NCBI GenBank assembly: GCA_963666355.2
Contig: CAXXCP010000002.1
Location: 18,101 to 82,100, forward strand
From: an uncultured Methanoregula sp.
Lineage (GTDB): Archaea; Halobacteriota; Methanomicrobia; Methanomicrobiales; Methanospirillaceae
Direction: 5' to 3'
DNA length: 64,000 nucleotides
Position numbers and translations under genes: made by a program
In this document: positions 1-9,707 of the stretch, piece by piece
How the letters are laid out: every line of letters starts with the position of its first letter
How positions within the stretch are numbered: position 1 is the first letter of the stretch
The notes under the pieces: generated by a model
The model's input: only the letters and a program-made list of their open reading frames with translations
Database searches by the model: none
Told to the model about the DNA's origin: nothing

Positions 1-399
1 GACAACGTGATGCTCCTTATCGCTGTCGTACTCGCAGCCCTTGTGGGTTTTGTCTTTGCCGCTCCGGGGGCAACGGTCATCTACTCGAATACGGCTGACG
101 GTCGGGGGCTCAGCCGCGAGCAGAACGGAAAGATATCTGCGGCCGGCCCGCTTGTCAACCTCCTCCTCTGTATACCATTCGCACTCATCCTTTACCTTTC
201 AGGCAGTGCCCACAACCCGGGTGGTATCCTCACCATCATTGGAATTGTCGGTCTCCAGGTCAACGCGATGGTCGCCGCGTTCAACATGCTGCCGGTCAGT
301 ATCCTCGACGGGAAGAAGATCCTTTCATGGAACGTGGGAGTGTTCCTTGTCATGATTGTTGCAGCGTTCGGTATTCTTATCGGATCGTTCTATCTGTGA
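1..399 (+). CDS. Peptidase M50 family membrane metalloprotease, C-terminal part (runs off the window start)
   Basis: Hydrophobic protein with AAGPLVN and AFNMLPVSILDGKK (NxxPxxxxDG) motifs of M50/S2P proteases. Confidence 0.8.
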   Translation, partial: DNVMLLIAVVLAALVGFVFAAPGATVIYSNTADGRGLSREQNGKISAAGPLVNLLLCIPFALILYLSGSAHNPGGILTIIGIVGLQVNAMVAAFNMLPVSILDGKKILSWNVGVFLVMIVAAFGILIGSFYL

Positions 400-664
400 G
401 AAGGGAACTCCCATTCTTTTACTTCCCCATTTTTCCACACCCGGAAACAATTACACTCCGAACCTCTTGCCTAATCTTCCATTAACCCTGATGTTTCACC
501 GGGTTCCTGCTCCGGGTTCCGGGCTGCCCCACCGGGAAACGTCAGTTGTCCGGGAGTTTAAATCACGGTTTGATTGATCCGGATCGATTTTTCAATTGAG
601 ATCGTGATCGCGGTTGCATTTTTGCTGCAGAAAACCCGTCGCCAAAGCAGGAAAAACCTTACTA

Positions 665-1273
665 TCAGACCGGTGTGTCCATCCCCTTCAGAACTTCGAC
701 AACTTTTTTCCCCTTCTCGGAAGCTTCCTTAAGGGCGGTCGGGTGTTTCTTTACCCCGCCGAATGCGTCCATGTTGTTGGCGATGATATTATCGTAATAT
801 TCGAACCCGGTCCCGTTGAAAAATGCGGTAATCGCCGGAAAAGCCGCATCAAACACGTTGTCCCAGGAGAGGCCTGCAGTGGAGATAAAGAGACCCTTGT
901 GCCGTTTGATGTGATCACTTGAGAAATACAGGTTTTTCAGGATAAATTTCCGGGCCCAGAGGTACTGTGCCCGGTCGATCAATCCTTTCAGCTCGGCAGT
1001 TATCCCCATGCTGTAAATAGGAGATGCGACTGCCACGCAGTCGGCAGCGAGGATCTTGTCAATAAAGGGAATGACATCGTCACGGACGATGCATTCACCG
1101 GTTTTGTGACAGACGTTACAACCCTTACAGGGAGTGTACGCAAGATCCTTCAGTACGACCTTCTTGACTTCAGCCCCGGCCTCCCGTGCCCCGTCAAGGA
1201 AACTGTCAAGCAGTGTCTCCGTGTTGCCGTGCCGGTGGGGACTTCCTGATATACCCAGTACTTTTACTGCCAT
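665..1273 (-). CDS. Iron-sulfur flavoprotein / flavodoxin family protein
   Basis: GSPHRHGNT FMN loop, CKGCNVCHKTGEC (CX2CX2CX5C), ASPIY motif. Confidence 0.9.
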   Translation of the reverse strand: MAVKVLGISGSPHRHGNTETLLDSFLDGAREAGAEVKKVVLKDLAYTPCKGCNVCHKTGECIVRDDVIPFIDKILAADCVAVASPIYSMGITAELKGLIDRAQYLWARKFILKNLYFSSDHIKRHKGLFISTAGLSWDNVFDAAFPAITAFFNGTGFEYYDNIIANNMDAFGGVKKHPTALKEASEKGKKVVEVLKGMDTPV

Positions 1274-1287
1274 CGTTTTGTTATCCT

Positions 1288-1902
1288 TCACACCCCAAGG
1301 CGCTTTTTCAACTCGGTTACGGTTGCCCGGCCGAGTTTCTCTGCATCCGGCTTTGCGGTCGGGTGAGCGAGAATCGCTCCTCTCTCATCGACGTTGTTTA
1401 CCATCAGGTAACTGATATCAGCGTCCCGGATGTCAATGACGTGGTAAAAGCATTTCACCGAGGGCTTTGCGGCATCGAAGACATGGTCCCAGTTCTGGCC
1501 GGCAGTTGCGAGAAATATGCCAAGTCGTTTCCCTTTCCGTTCTTCGGGCACGACCGGGAGCTTCAGCACATATTTTCTCGACCTGAATACCTGTGCCCGG
1601 TCGATAAGTGACTTTGTCTGGGCATTAATCCCCATGCAGAAGATGGGCGCTGCAAGGATGATGCAGTCGGCTTCGATAAGTTTGTTGTTGAGGATATCCA
1701 TCCCATCCCGCTGGACGCACGCGTTCAGCTTCTCGCAGGCATTGCACCCGCGGCAGGGGTTGACGTTTGCTTCGGTCAGGACGATCTTCTCTATGGATAC
1801 GTCCTTGTCCTCACCCATGGATGCCAGGACCCAGTCGAGCAGCGTTTCCGAGTTGCCATGCCGGCGCGGGCTGCCCGCAAAGGCAAGGACCTTGATTGCC
1901 AT
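1288..1902 (-). CDS. Iron-sulfur flavoprotein / flavodoxin family protein
   Basis: GSPRRHGNS, CRGCNACEKLNAC; paralog of the adjacent gene. Confidence 0.9.
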   Translation of the reverse strand: MAIKVLAFAGSPRRHGNSETLLDWVLASMGEDKDVSIEKIVLTEANVNPCRGCNACEKLNACVQRDGMDILNNKLIEADCIILAAPIFCMGINAQTKSLIDRAQVFRSRKYVLKLPVVPEERKGKRLGIFLATAGQNWDHVFDAAKPSVKCFYHVIDIRDADISYLMVNNVDERGAILAHPTAKPDAEKLGRATVTELKKRLGV

Positions 1903-2458
1903 AGCTTGTAATTAGGGTATTCACCGTGAAAAAAGATTGGATGCAGATTGGGATGAACAAGGATTGAATATCCAGGCCACTTTTTTGTGATCCCATCATC
2001 CGAAGGAGTTCTGTGGTGCTGACAGAGTCTCCGAATCTCAAGGATAACCATTCCGGAACGAGATCCCCCACTCCAAAGACGGCCCCCCCCTCCCCCACCC
2101 TACCAGAAAAATGACATCCCCCTGGCACCCCTCCCTCCAAAAATAGAGGAACCCTCCCCCCCCTCGTTTTGGATAAACGCATCCCCGGTTTCGCGTGGAA
2201 CTCCGATGGAACGATAAGTTTTGCGTTCCGGAAAATTAAGGGGGGTGGGGGACCCTCACGTGCCCGGACAGGCCCCGACCCCTCCCCCCGCTCCCAAAAA
2301 AAGAATACCCCCCAGGGGGGTGGTCATCCGGAAAAATTTTTGAGAAGGGGGAGACCCCTTAAGGAAAAAGAGTCAGGATACGCTCGCTTTTGCCGGGAAA
2401 ACCGGGCTGAACCCGGGTGACCGGCCGGTCCGGAAAAAAAATTACGGGTTGTTTACCG

Positions 2459-2812
2459 TTACTTCATCACTTCATCGAGCTGGGCTTTCCCGTATACGTA
2501 GGCAGGCATTCCTGAGAGAAGGAATGTCACCCGGAGAGCCTCTTCGATCTCTGCCTTGGTAACACCAAGATTCGCAGCGCCGGCGAGCTGGGCACGGACG
2601 GCGTGCTGGTCCCGGAGAGCGGCAGCAATCGCGATAGCGATAAGTTTCTTCGTCTTCTTCGATACAGCCCCATCGTCCCAGATGTGTTCCTCGAATTTCA
2701 TCACGAGATCGAACATCTCCGGGTCTTTCACGGTCAGCTCCTTGAAGAACTTCGGAACCTTTCCTATCTGTTTTTCGAGATTATCGATTTTCTTGCCTTT
2801 TGCTTTGTCCAT
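2459..2812 (-). CDS. Carboxymuconolactone decarboxylase (CMD/AhpD-like) family protein
   Basis: GAVSKKTKKLIAIAIAAA...GVTKAEIEEAL...GMPA pattern. Confidence 0.85.
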   Translation of the reverse strand: MDKAKGKKIDNLEKQIGKVPKFFKELTVKDPEMFDLVMKFEEHIWDDGAVSKKTKKLIAIAIAAALRDQHAVRAQLAGAANLGVTKAEIEEALRVTFLLSGMPAYVYGKAQLDEVMK

Positions 2813-2813
2813 T

Positions 2814-2942
2814 TCATTCACTCTCCAGCTGCATCGGCTCGCCGCAGCAGACCAGTTCCCCGCCGCCAGCCTCCTTTACGACAACAACGTTGCCGCAGAT
2901 TTCGCATTTATAGACCTCTCCGGCCTTTGACACGTTTACCAT
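2814..2942 (-). CDS. Desulforedoxin-like small iron protein, 42 aa (not in the ORF track)
   Basis: Manual translation [42 protein letters not shown]: CxxC...CC desulforedoxin signature; GGAGAGGA upstream. Confidence 0.9.
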   Translation of the reverse strand: MVNVSKAGEVYKCEICGNVVVVKEAGGGELVCCGEPMQLESE

Positions 2943-3075
2943 GATCTTCCTCTCCTCCCTGCCCCATGCAGGGTTATTCCGGGAGCTGGATGTAATTCAC
3001 CGTTCCCTTTCAGCCATTTCCAGCCCGGAGCACAATGACGCTTTACTCGCGCGATCCTTTGGAAAAAATAAAAAA

Positions 3076-3327
3076 TTACTGGAAGCTCTTGCCACGCTTC
3101 GGTGGGTTTTTTGCATCCTCCGGGGTTTTGACATCCGGCCGGATGTGGGTCATAGGAAAGCACTGGTACTCTTCGCATGAACAGGAGGGACACTTCCTGA
3201 GATCCTGTTCGCTCTTGTCAAGATTGTACTCGCGGCCGCAATCAAGGCAGACGTACTTTCCGGGGCCGACTTTCTGTCCTGCATTGTAGGTCTTTTGTTC
3301 GGTCAAATGACTCACCAGACTTTTCAT
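3076..3327 (-). CDS. Small zinc-ribbon/rubredoxin-like protein
   Basis: GPGKYVCLDCG...CPSC two CxxC knuckles. Confidence 0.75.
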   Translation of the reverse strand: MKSLVSHLTEQKTYNAGQKVGPGKYVCLDCGREYNLDKSEQDLRKCPSCSCEEYQCFPMTHIRPDVKTPEDAKNPPKRGKSFQ

Positions 3328-3446
3328 CTATGCCTAACGTATATATCAGTTGTGTTTGTACCCATCCCGGCAAAGCCACAGATCTGGCGGGAATAACGAT
3401 CTCTTTATACCTTGAAATGTATTGGATCTTCTCTGGCAGTGATGGC

Positions 3447-4049
3447 ATGACGTGCAGGATAATCGGTCTTCTCGGTAGTCCTCTTACCGTGGGCAATACC
3501 GCTTGGCTTCTCGACCGGGCCATTGAGGGAGCGAGGGATGCGGGATGCGATGTCGAGAAAATTGTTGTTGCCGACCTTGACTTCGAAGCGTGCAAGGAGA
3601 TGATGTTCTGCACGGAACACGAAACCTGCATTATGGATGACGATATGCAGGCAATGTACCGGAAATTCCGGGAGATGGACGGGATCATTATTGCGACCCC
3701 GGTCATGACGATGGGAATTCCCGGCAGGCTCAAGTCGTTCATGGACCGGTTCCAGGTCTTTTTCATGGCGAAATTTATGCGTCACAAATCCCTGGTGCCA
3801 AAAGAGAAGATTGCAAAGAGGAAAGGGCTCCTCATATCGATCTCCGGAATGAACATCCCCGGGGTATTTGACGGGTTGACCCTGAGCGTCAAAGCCTTTT
3901 TTGATATCATCGACTGCCAGTACGGGGATGAACTGCTTATTCGCGATATGGATACCATCCGGGACATCAACACCCGGCAGGATCTGCTCCAGGCAGCGTA
4001 CGATAAAGGATTTGCGCTGGGAAAGGCACTCAATACCCCTAATGCCTGA
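3447..4049 (+). CDS. Flavodoxin family / iron-sulfur flavoprotein-like protein
   Basis: GSPLTVGNT, ATPVM, LKSFMDRFQ; Cys motif altered to CKEMMFCTEHETC. Confidence 0.85.
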   Translation: MTCRIIGLLGSPLTVGNTAWLLDRAIEGARDAGCDVEKIVVADLDFEACKEMMFCTEHETCIMDDDMQAMYRKFREMDGIIIATPVMTMGIPGRLKSFMDRFQVFFMAKFMRHKSLVPKEKIAKRKGLLISISGMNIPGVFDGLTLSVKAFFDIIDCQYGDELLIRDMDTIRDINTRQDLLQAAYDKGFALGKALNTPNA

Positions 4050-4193
4050 TTTTTTGGGTTTTCTCTTTTCCTGTCCCGGGAGGATGACAATGTCGAAGTT
4101 ATTCCGGAGCAACTTGTGCTGGAATCCTTCGCATGGTGAAACCAAAAAGATCCCGGAATTTTCCCATTTACTCCAAATGAGAGGCAGGACTGG

Positions 4194-4859
4194 TTACAGC
4201 AGTCCCCGCTCACGCATGCTAAGGTGACCGGTTTTTGTAACGATAATGTGATCGATGAGCTGGATGCCGACAAGAGCACCGGCTTCCCTGAGCTGGGTTG
4301 TGATGGCGATATCCTGGCTGCTTGGCTCCAGTGAACCGGAGGGGTGATTGTGAACACAGATGATCGATGCGGCACGATCGGTGATTGCATCGGCAAAGAC
4401 CTCTCGCGGGTGAACGAGACTATGGTTCAGGAGTCCTACGGTAATCGTTCTGTTCCCGAGCACCTCTCCTGCACCGTTCAAGGTGATACAGATGAAATGC
4501 TCCTGCCGCTTCTCCCGGAGATCGGCAACGAGGAAGAGCACGTCTTCCGGCTTTGTCACCTTATGGACTGATGCCTCACTTCGGAAATGCCGCCGCCCGA
4601 GTTCGAAACACGCCATGATCTGTGAGGCCTTTGAGGGGCCTACCCCTTCGATCTTAAGGAGATCCTCATAGCAGATCTCCTGTGGGGATCGCTCGACAAG
4701 TGATGCAATCTCCTTTGAAATCTTCCGGACATCGTTGCCCATCGTACCCCGGCCTATGATAACTTCTATGAGTTCATTGTCCGAGAGCGCGGAGACACCC
4801 TTCTTTGCGATCTTTTCGCGGGGCCTGTCCGGCAATGGCACATCACACATTTTTTTCAT
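4194..4859 (-). CDS. radC: RadC family (JAB domain) protein
   Basis: RPREK N-terminus, VHPREVF, HNHPSG, SQD, DHII motifs. Confidence 0.93.
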   Translation of the reverse strand: MKKMCDVPLPDRPREKIAKKGVSALSDNELIEVIIGRGTMGNDVRKISKEIASLVERSPQEICYEDLLKIEGVGPSKASQIMACFELGRRHFRSEASVHKVTKPEDVLFLVADLREKRQEHFICITLNGAGEVLGNRTITVGLLNHSLVHPREVFADAITDRAASIICVHNHPSGSLEPSSQDIAITTQLREAGALVGIQLIDHIIVTKTGHLSMRERGLL

Positions 4860-5031
4860 GGCAAAACAATCCCCGGAAACAAAAACCGTTTAACAGCTAC
4901 GGTAGTTAACGGATTTATTTTCTGGATGGTCAAAAATCTTTCTTTTTTGCCCGAGATGGAATCCCCGCGAATCCCGGACTTTACCTGTATGACTAAAAAG
5001 ACGGTTTGTGCGGGTTGCCCGGTGGGAAGTC

Positions 5032-5038
5032 TTTAAAT
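5032..5038 (+). promoter_or_regulatory. Putative archaeal TATA box for rubrerythrin
   Basis: TTTAAAT preceded by purine-rich GGGAAG, ~25 nt before the ATG at 5063. Confidence 0.45.
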
Positions 5039-5062
5039 GAATCGTTCTCAATAAACCTTCAC

Positions 5063-5566
5063 ATGGCAACCATTGAAAATGCAAAGGAAGCACTTGCCGG
5101 TGAATCGCAAGCGAACAGAAAGTACCAGGCCTTCTCTGACAAGGCAGCAGAAGAAGGGTATAAAAATGTCGCCACTCTCTTCAAAGCCGCATCCGAGGCA
5201 GAAGCGATCCATGCCAAAAAACTCCTCAAAGTCCTGAACTCGATCGAGAGCACAGCGAAGAATCTCGAAGCCAGCATCGCTGGAGAGACTCACGAATTCA
5301 CTTCAATGTACCCGGAATTTGTCAAAGGAGCTGAGGCAGAGGGGAGGAGCGACGCGCTGCTTGCCTTTACTCACGCGATGAAAGCTGAGCAGGTTCATGC
5401 AAACCTGTACAAGAAGGCCCTCGATGCCATAAAAGCGGGAAGTGACATGAGCAGGGAGAAAATTTTCCTCTGCCCGATCTGTGGGAATATCGAGACCGGC
5501 AAGGCTCCGGATAAGTGCCCGATCTGCGGTGTTTTCGGAAAACAATTCCGGGAAATTACCCTCTAA
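5063..5566 (+). CDS. rbr: Rubrerythrin
   Basis: AGESQA, EAIHA, GETHE, EQVH di-iron motifs plus C-terminal CPICG...CPICG. Confidence 0.93.
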   Translation: MATIENAKEALAGESQANRKYQAFSDKAAEEGYKNVATLFKAASEAEAIHAKKLLKVLNSIESTAKNLEASIAGETHEFTSMYPEFVKGAEAEGRSDALLAFTHAMKAEQVHANLYKKALDAIKAGSDMSREKIFLCPICGNIETGKAPDKCPICGVFGKQFREITL

Positions 5567-5624
5567 TACTTTTACCTCTCTTCGTTTCACACTCTTTAAA
5601 CGGATTTCGCATAAGAATAAGGTG

Positions 5625-6917
5625 CTATTTTCTCATCCGCTTGCCTCTTATATGAAGCCAGACCATGACCAGGATAAGGGCAATAAGAGTAGCCCACGAA
5701 GCGGTGTAGATTACGATAATGGGATTGCTGGAGATAATTCCCTGCGGAGTACTGGCAAGTGGTTGTTCCAGACTATCAAACTGGACAGACACCGTTGCGG
5801 GGAAGTGCCCGGGGCCATCAAAATATCGTACAATAACGGTTGCATTCCTGCCATGGATCGTCCCTTCAACAGGTGCATTGTTGGTATTTGGGAACTGGAC
5901 CCCGCGATCGACTTTGCCCTGGTAATCATCGATTTCAACATACCATGAATCCGGGAACTGTTTTGCGTAGTGATCTGACGCCTTGACCGAAAGCCTGGAT
6001 CCCGGTGGCAGCGCAATGTTCCATGTTGCATTGTCGGAAGGACCGTTAAACGAGATGTCCCGGACCTCAGAACCCCCCGGGCCAAGGATAAGAGATCCCG
6101 AGAGTGGGTTGCAGACTGCCTGGTATACCACCGGTGGTACCTGAACCGATGATGTCCCCGGCTCCTGCGAACAGCTCAGCCGGTCATTGTTCACGTCGCC
6201 ATATGTCAGGCCGGTATTGTAAATTTTCACCTCGTCAATGCCCCCGCGGAAATACCGGGGACATTGTGGATCCGGCGTCCCCGAGGTTCCGGCATTTGCT
6301 CCGATGATAACATAATTCGGGTACTGGTAATGGACCGGTCCGGAAGCGTTGACCTGGTTTCTGAGAACCCCGTCAACATAGATCTTCGAGTTCTTTCCAT
6401 CATAGATTCCCGTGACGTGGTGCCACTGGCGCAGCGCAATATTTTCGTGCTGGACCGGGATCGATACATCCCCGGATCCTTCAAGGCTGACAGTCCACCA
6501 GAGGTCGCCACCATCATCGAATCCCAGCTTGTACCCTCCCTTGTTATACGTCGAAATCAGCACTTTTGGGTTGTAATCATCGACAAAGAACCAGAGCGAT
6601 GTGGATACTGCACTCTCCGGGTGGTTATCGCGTGAATAGGGGATCTTGACATAGCTGTCGATCCCGTTAAAGACAAGCGAGCGCCCGCAACCGCTGCTTT
6701 CGATCCGGGAAACATCATGAAGTGTCCCGCTGCTGCCGGATCCGGAAGCATCGAGTGCAGTATCCCCGTTGCCCTCATTAAAATTGAGGTGGACTACCGG
6801 CTCTGCCGGCGAGGCCCCGGAGACTATCTGGACCGCGGCTACCAATGTGAGGAAGATGAGGACCCGGCAGAAAAAGGAGACAATTTTCTGGTACCCGGTA
6901 CCCGGCTCGACGCTCAT
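5625..6917 (-). CDS. LamG/concanavalin-like domain cell-surface protein
   Basis: Signal-like N-terminus, WHHVTGIYDG, IYVDG, FRGGIDEVKIYN; C-terminal TM helix with basic tail. Confidence 0.85.
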   Translation of the reverse strand: MSVEPGTGYQKIVSFFCRVLIFLTLVAAVQIVSGASPAEPVVHLNFNEGNGDTALDASGSGSSGTLHDVSRIESSGCGRSLVFNGIDSYVKIPYSRDNHPESAVSTSLWFFVDDYNPKVLISTYNKGGYKLGFDDGGDLWWTVSLEGSGDVSIPVQHENIALRQWHHVTGIYDGKNSKIYVDGVLRNQVNASGPVHYQYPNYVIIGANAGTSGTPDPQCPRYFRGGIDEVKIYNTGLTYGDVNNDRLSCSQEPGTSSVQVPPVVYQAVCNPLSGSLILGPGGSEVRDISFNGPSDNATWNIALPPGSRLSVKASDHYAKQFPDSWYVEIDDYQGKVDRGVQFPNTNNAPVEGTIHGRNATVIVRYFDGPGHFPATVSVQFDSLEQPLASTPQGIISSNPIIVIYTASWATLIALILVMVWLHIRGKRMRK

Positions 6918-7033
6918 GGTATCTGTTCAGTGGTTTATTGGTGTTCGTCCGAAAAGAACGTTGCGATGGATAGAATTTCGCGATCCGGAACGTGTCAACA
7001 TGTTTATATCGCTCCAGAACGTTTTCGGGAAGT

Positions 7034-8182
7034 ATGAGGAAAGTTACCGTTTACTCTACCCAGAACTGCCCCTACTGCCGTATGGCCAAGGCGTTTCTCG
7101 AGAAGCACGGGGTAACGTACGAGAGTATTGATGTCGGGAACGATGCCGTTCAGGCCAAAAAGATGATCGAGCTCTCGGGGCAGCGGGGCGTACCGGTGAT
7201 CACCGTTGACAGCGAGGTAATTGTCGGGTTCGACTCCCAGCGGCTGAACGAGCTCTTCGGCGAACCCCAGAAAAGCGATACCAGCGATGTCCTCATTATC
7301 GGCGCCGGTCCTGCCGGGCTGACCGCAGCGGTCTACTGTGCACGGAAGATGCTCAATACCGTGATGGTCAGCGAAAATATCGGTGGCCAGGCACTTGAAT
7401 CCTGGGCCATCGAGAACTACATGGGATACCGGATGGTCTCGGGTGAGGATCTCATGAATAAGTTTGATGAGCAGGTCCGGAAAGAGGATATCCGGTTTGA
7501 GCTTGATCGGGTTATCGGGATCACGCAGGAGGACGGGTTCTTCGTTGCGGAGACGATCTCGGAAAATACCCTTAAAGCCCGGGCAGTAATCCTCGCCCAG
7601 GGAAACAAGCCCCGGAAGATTGGGGTCCCAAACGAGGACGATTATCTCGGCCGGGGCCTCTCGGTCTGCTCGACCTGCGACGGCCCGCTCTATCGCGGCA
7701 AGAAGATTGCAATCGTAGGGGGAGGAAATTCGGCTCTCCAGACTGCGGTCGAGATGAGCGGGATCGCAAAGTCTGTGGATCTTATCGTCAGGAGCGATAT
7801 CCGGGCAGACCCGGTTTATGTGGACCGGATGAAAGAGAAGAGCAATCTCAATGTACACCTGCAGTCTCATATCACTGCACTTCACGGTGACAAGTTCCTT
7901 TCAGGAGTCACGATCAAAACCGAGAGCGGGGTGGAGCGCGACCTGGAGCTCGACGGGGTATTTATCGAGATCGGCTGGCTGCCCAATACCGGTTTCCTCG
8001 AAGGGTTCGTTGAACTCAACGAGCGTAAGGAGATCGTGATCGATATCAACTGCCACACGAGTGTTGAAGGCATCTTTGCTGCCGGGGATGTCACATCGAT
8101 CAAGGGCAAACAGATCATTATCGCTGCCGGGGAGGGGGCCAAGGCGGCGCTCGAAGCCCACGAGTTCCTGATGAAGCAGTAA
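7034..8182 (+). CDS. Glutaredoxin-thioredoxin reductase fusion
   Basis: N-terminal CPYC/GVPV glutaredoxin; IIGAGPAG, CSTCDG, GGGNSA, FAAGD of TrxR. Confidence 0.9.
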   Translation: MRKVTVYSTQNCPYCRMAKAFLEKHGVTYESIDVGNDAVQAKKMIELSGQRGVPVITVDSEVIVGFDSQRLNELFGEPQKSDTSDVLIIGAGPAGLTAAVYCARKMLNTVMVSENIGGQALESWAIENYMGYRMVSGEDLMNKFDEQVRKEDIRFELDRVIGITQEDGFFVAETISENTLKARAVILAQGNKPRKIGVPNEDDYLGRGLSVCSTCDGPLYRGKKIAIVGGGNSALQTAVEMSGIAKSVDLIVRSDIRADPVYVDRMKEKSNLNVHLQSHITALHGDKFLSGVTIKTESGVERDLELDGVFIEIGWLPNTGFLEGFVELNERKEIVIDINCHTSVEGIFAAGDVTSIKGKQIIIAAGEGAKAALEAHEFLMKQ

Positions 8183-8240
8183 CCGTCCAAAAAATTGCGG
8201 TCCAGTAATGGCCCCAAAAATTTTATCCGGATTAATCCGG

Positions 8241-9707
8241 TCACTCTTTTTTGCAGGAATTCTTCTTACGGTCCTTCTCCTCGTACCCTTCGAGAAGAGC
8301 GGTCGCGACATGTTTTACCGGCTTATCCGTGTGCCCGCTGATATGAAACTCGCAGAACGGGCAGGAGGTGATCACCACTTCGGCACCGGTTTTTGTGATC
8401 TCCTTACCCCTCCGGGCGCCGAGGGCGGCTGCCTCATCGGGAACCCCGGACCTGACGCCGCCGCCGGACCCGCAGCAGATCGAGGGCATCTCAACGAGAT
8501 CGACCACCTGCCGGATAAGCTCCCGGGGCTGGTTGTGGATCCCCTGCCCCCGGAGAAGATGGCAGGGGTCGTGGTATGTCGCTTTTACCGGAAGCCGTGC
8601 TGGGGGCTCTATCCCGTATTTTGTGAGGATCTCGTTGATGTCCATTACCCGGAAAGGAGCCGTGTAGTCATTCTTGAGGGTCGACCCACAGCCGGCGCAC
8701 ATGGTCAGGACAGTATCGATCCCGCGGCTCTGGAATGTTTCAATGTTCCGCTGTTTCAGCGAGTCGATTATGGCGGGCTGCCCGGTCCGGATGAGCGGCG
8801 AACCGCAGCAGACCTGCTCCTTCGGGATGATGACCCGGATACCGTTGCGCCGGAGGACTTCCATTGCGTCGAGCGCGGACTGGACCTGGCGCATATTGTA
8901 CATGCAGCCGACGAAGAAACCTACCGTTGCTTTGACCGGGCCGTACGGCTCGATGACCTCGCCAACCTGTTCGAGGAAAGTCGGGCCGGTGCGGGGGACG
9001 CTTCTTCCCGTCTCTTTGATGAGGGCCGCAACTTCCTGGTGCCGGGGCAGGGTGTATCCTTTTTTATTCGCCAGTGCCCGGAGTTTTTCGATGGCCTTTG
9101 CCGGCATCTCTATCTCTTTCGGGCAGATCTTCCAGCATGCCTGGCAGCTCGTGCAGGTGAAGAGCTTGTCTTTCACTGCTTCGGTCACCCGGTCTGCGCA
9201 GTCCCGTGGGTCAAGCGCGAGTCGCATCTCCTGCCGCATCATGGTTGGCCCGGGGAACTCGGTCACATCGACCGCCGGGCAGACCGTCACGCAGCAGAGG
9301 CATTCGATGCAGTCCTTTAAGGGCTTCATCGCATCGATCTCGGATTTCTTCGGCATTACCAGCTCGTCACAGGGAGCCAGCGATGCGATCTTCGCGAGCG
9401 TGGGGACGAGATCGGCAACGAGATCCTTGATGACCGCAAGTTTCAGGGGCTCGATGGTTATGTTGTCACGGGCCTCTTCCATGCAGGCAAGCGTCGGTTC
9501 GCCGTTCACCCGGACTGCGCAGCTCCCGCATTGCCCGGAGCCGCAGCAGTACCGGTACGCGAGGGTCGGGTCAATCCCGTCGTGAATCGCGTGCAGCACG
9601 TGGAGGACACGGGCTCCCTCATTCACCTGAACCGTGTACGTCTCCCAGTGTGGTTCGCAACCGGTTTCCAGATCGAACCGCAGGATCCTGACCGTAATTT
9701 TTTTCAT
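8241..9707 (-). CDS. tfrB: Thiol:fumarate reductase (CoM/CoB) subunit B
   Basis: 2Fe-2S CGSGQCGSC, two 4Fe-4S motifs, CCG domains; overlaps the tfrA stop. Confidence 0.9.
   Translation of the reverse strand: MKKITVRILRFDLETGCEPHWETYTVQVNEGARVLHVLHAIHDGIDPTLAYRYCCGSGQCGSCAVRVNGEPTLACMEEARDNITIEPLKLAVIKDLVADLVPTLAKIASLAPCDELVMPKKSEIDAMKPLKDCIECLCCVTVCPAVDVTEFPGPTMMRQEMRLALDPRDCADRVTEAVKDKLFTCTSCQACWKICPKEIEMPAKAIEKLRALANKKGYTLPRHQEVAALIKETGRSVPRTGPTFLEQVGEVIEPYGPVKATVGFFVGCMYNMRQVQSALDAMEVLRRNGIRVIIPKEQVCCGSPLIRTGQPAIIDSLKQRNIETFQSRGIDTVLTMCAGCGSTLKNDYTAPFRVMDINEILTKYGIEPPARLPVKATYHDPCHLLRGQGIHNQPRELIRQVVDLVEMPSICCGSGGGVRSGVPDEAAALGARRGKEITKTGAEVVITSCPFCEFHISGHTDKPVKHVATALLEGYEEKDRKKNSCKKE

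Noticed and set aside
4194-4859. radC as a marker of a mobile or anti-restriction element
   Set aside because: Full-length chromosomal-type RadC among housekeeping and stress genes, with no mobility genes nearby
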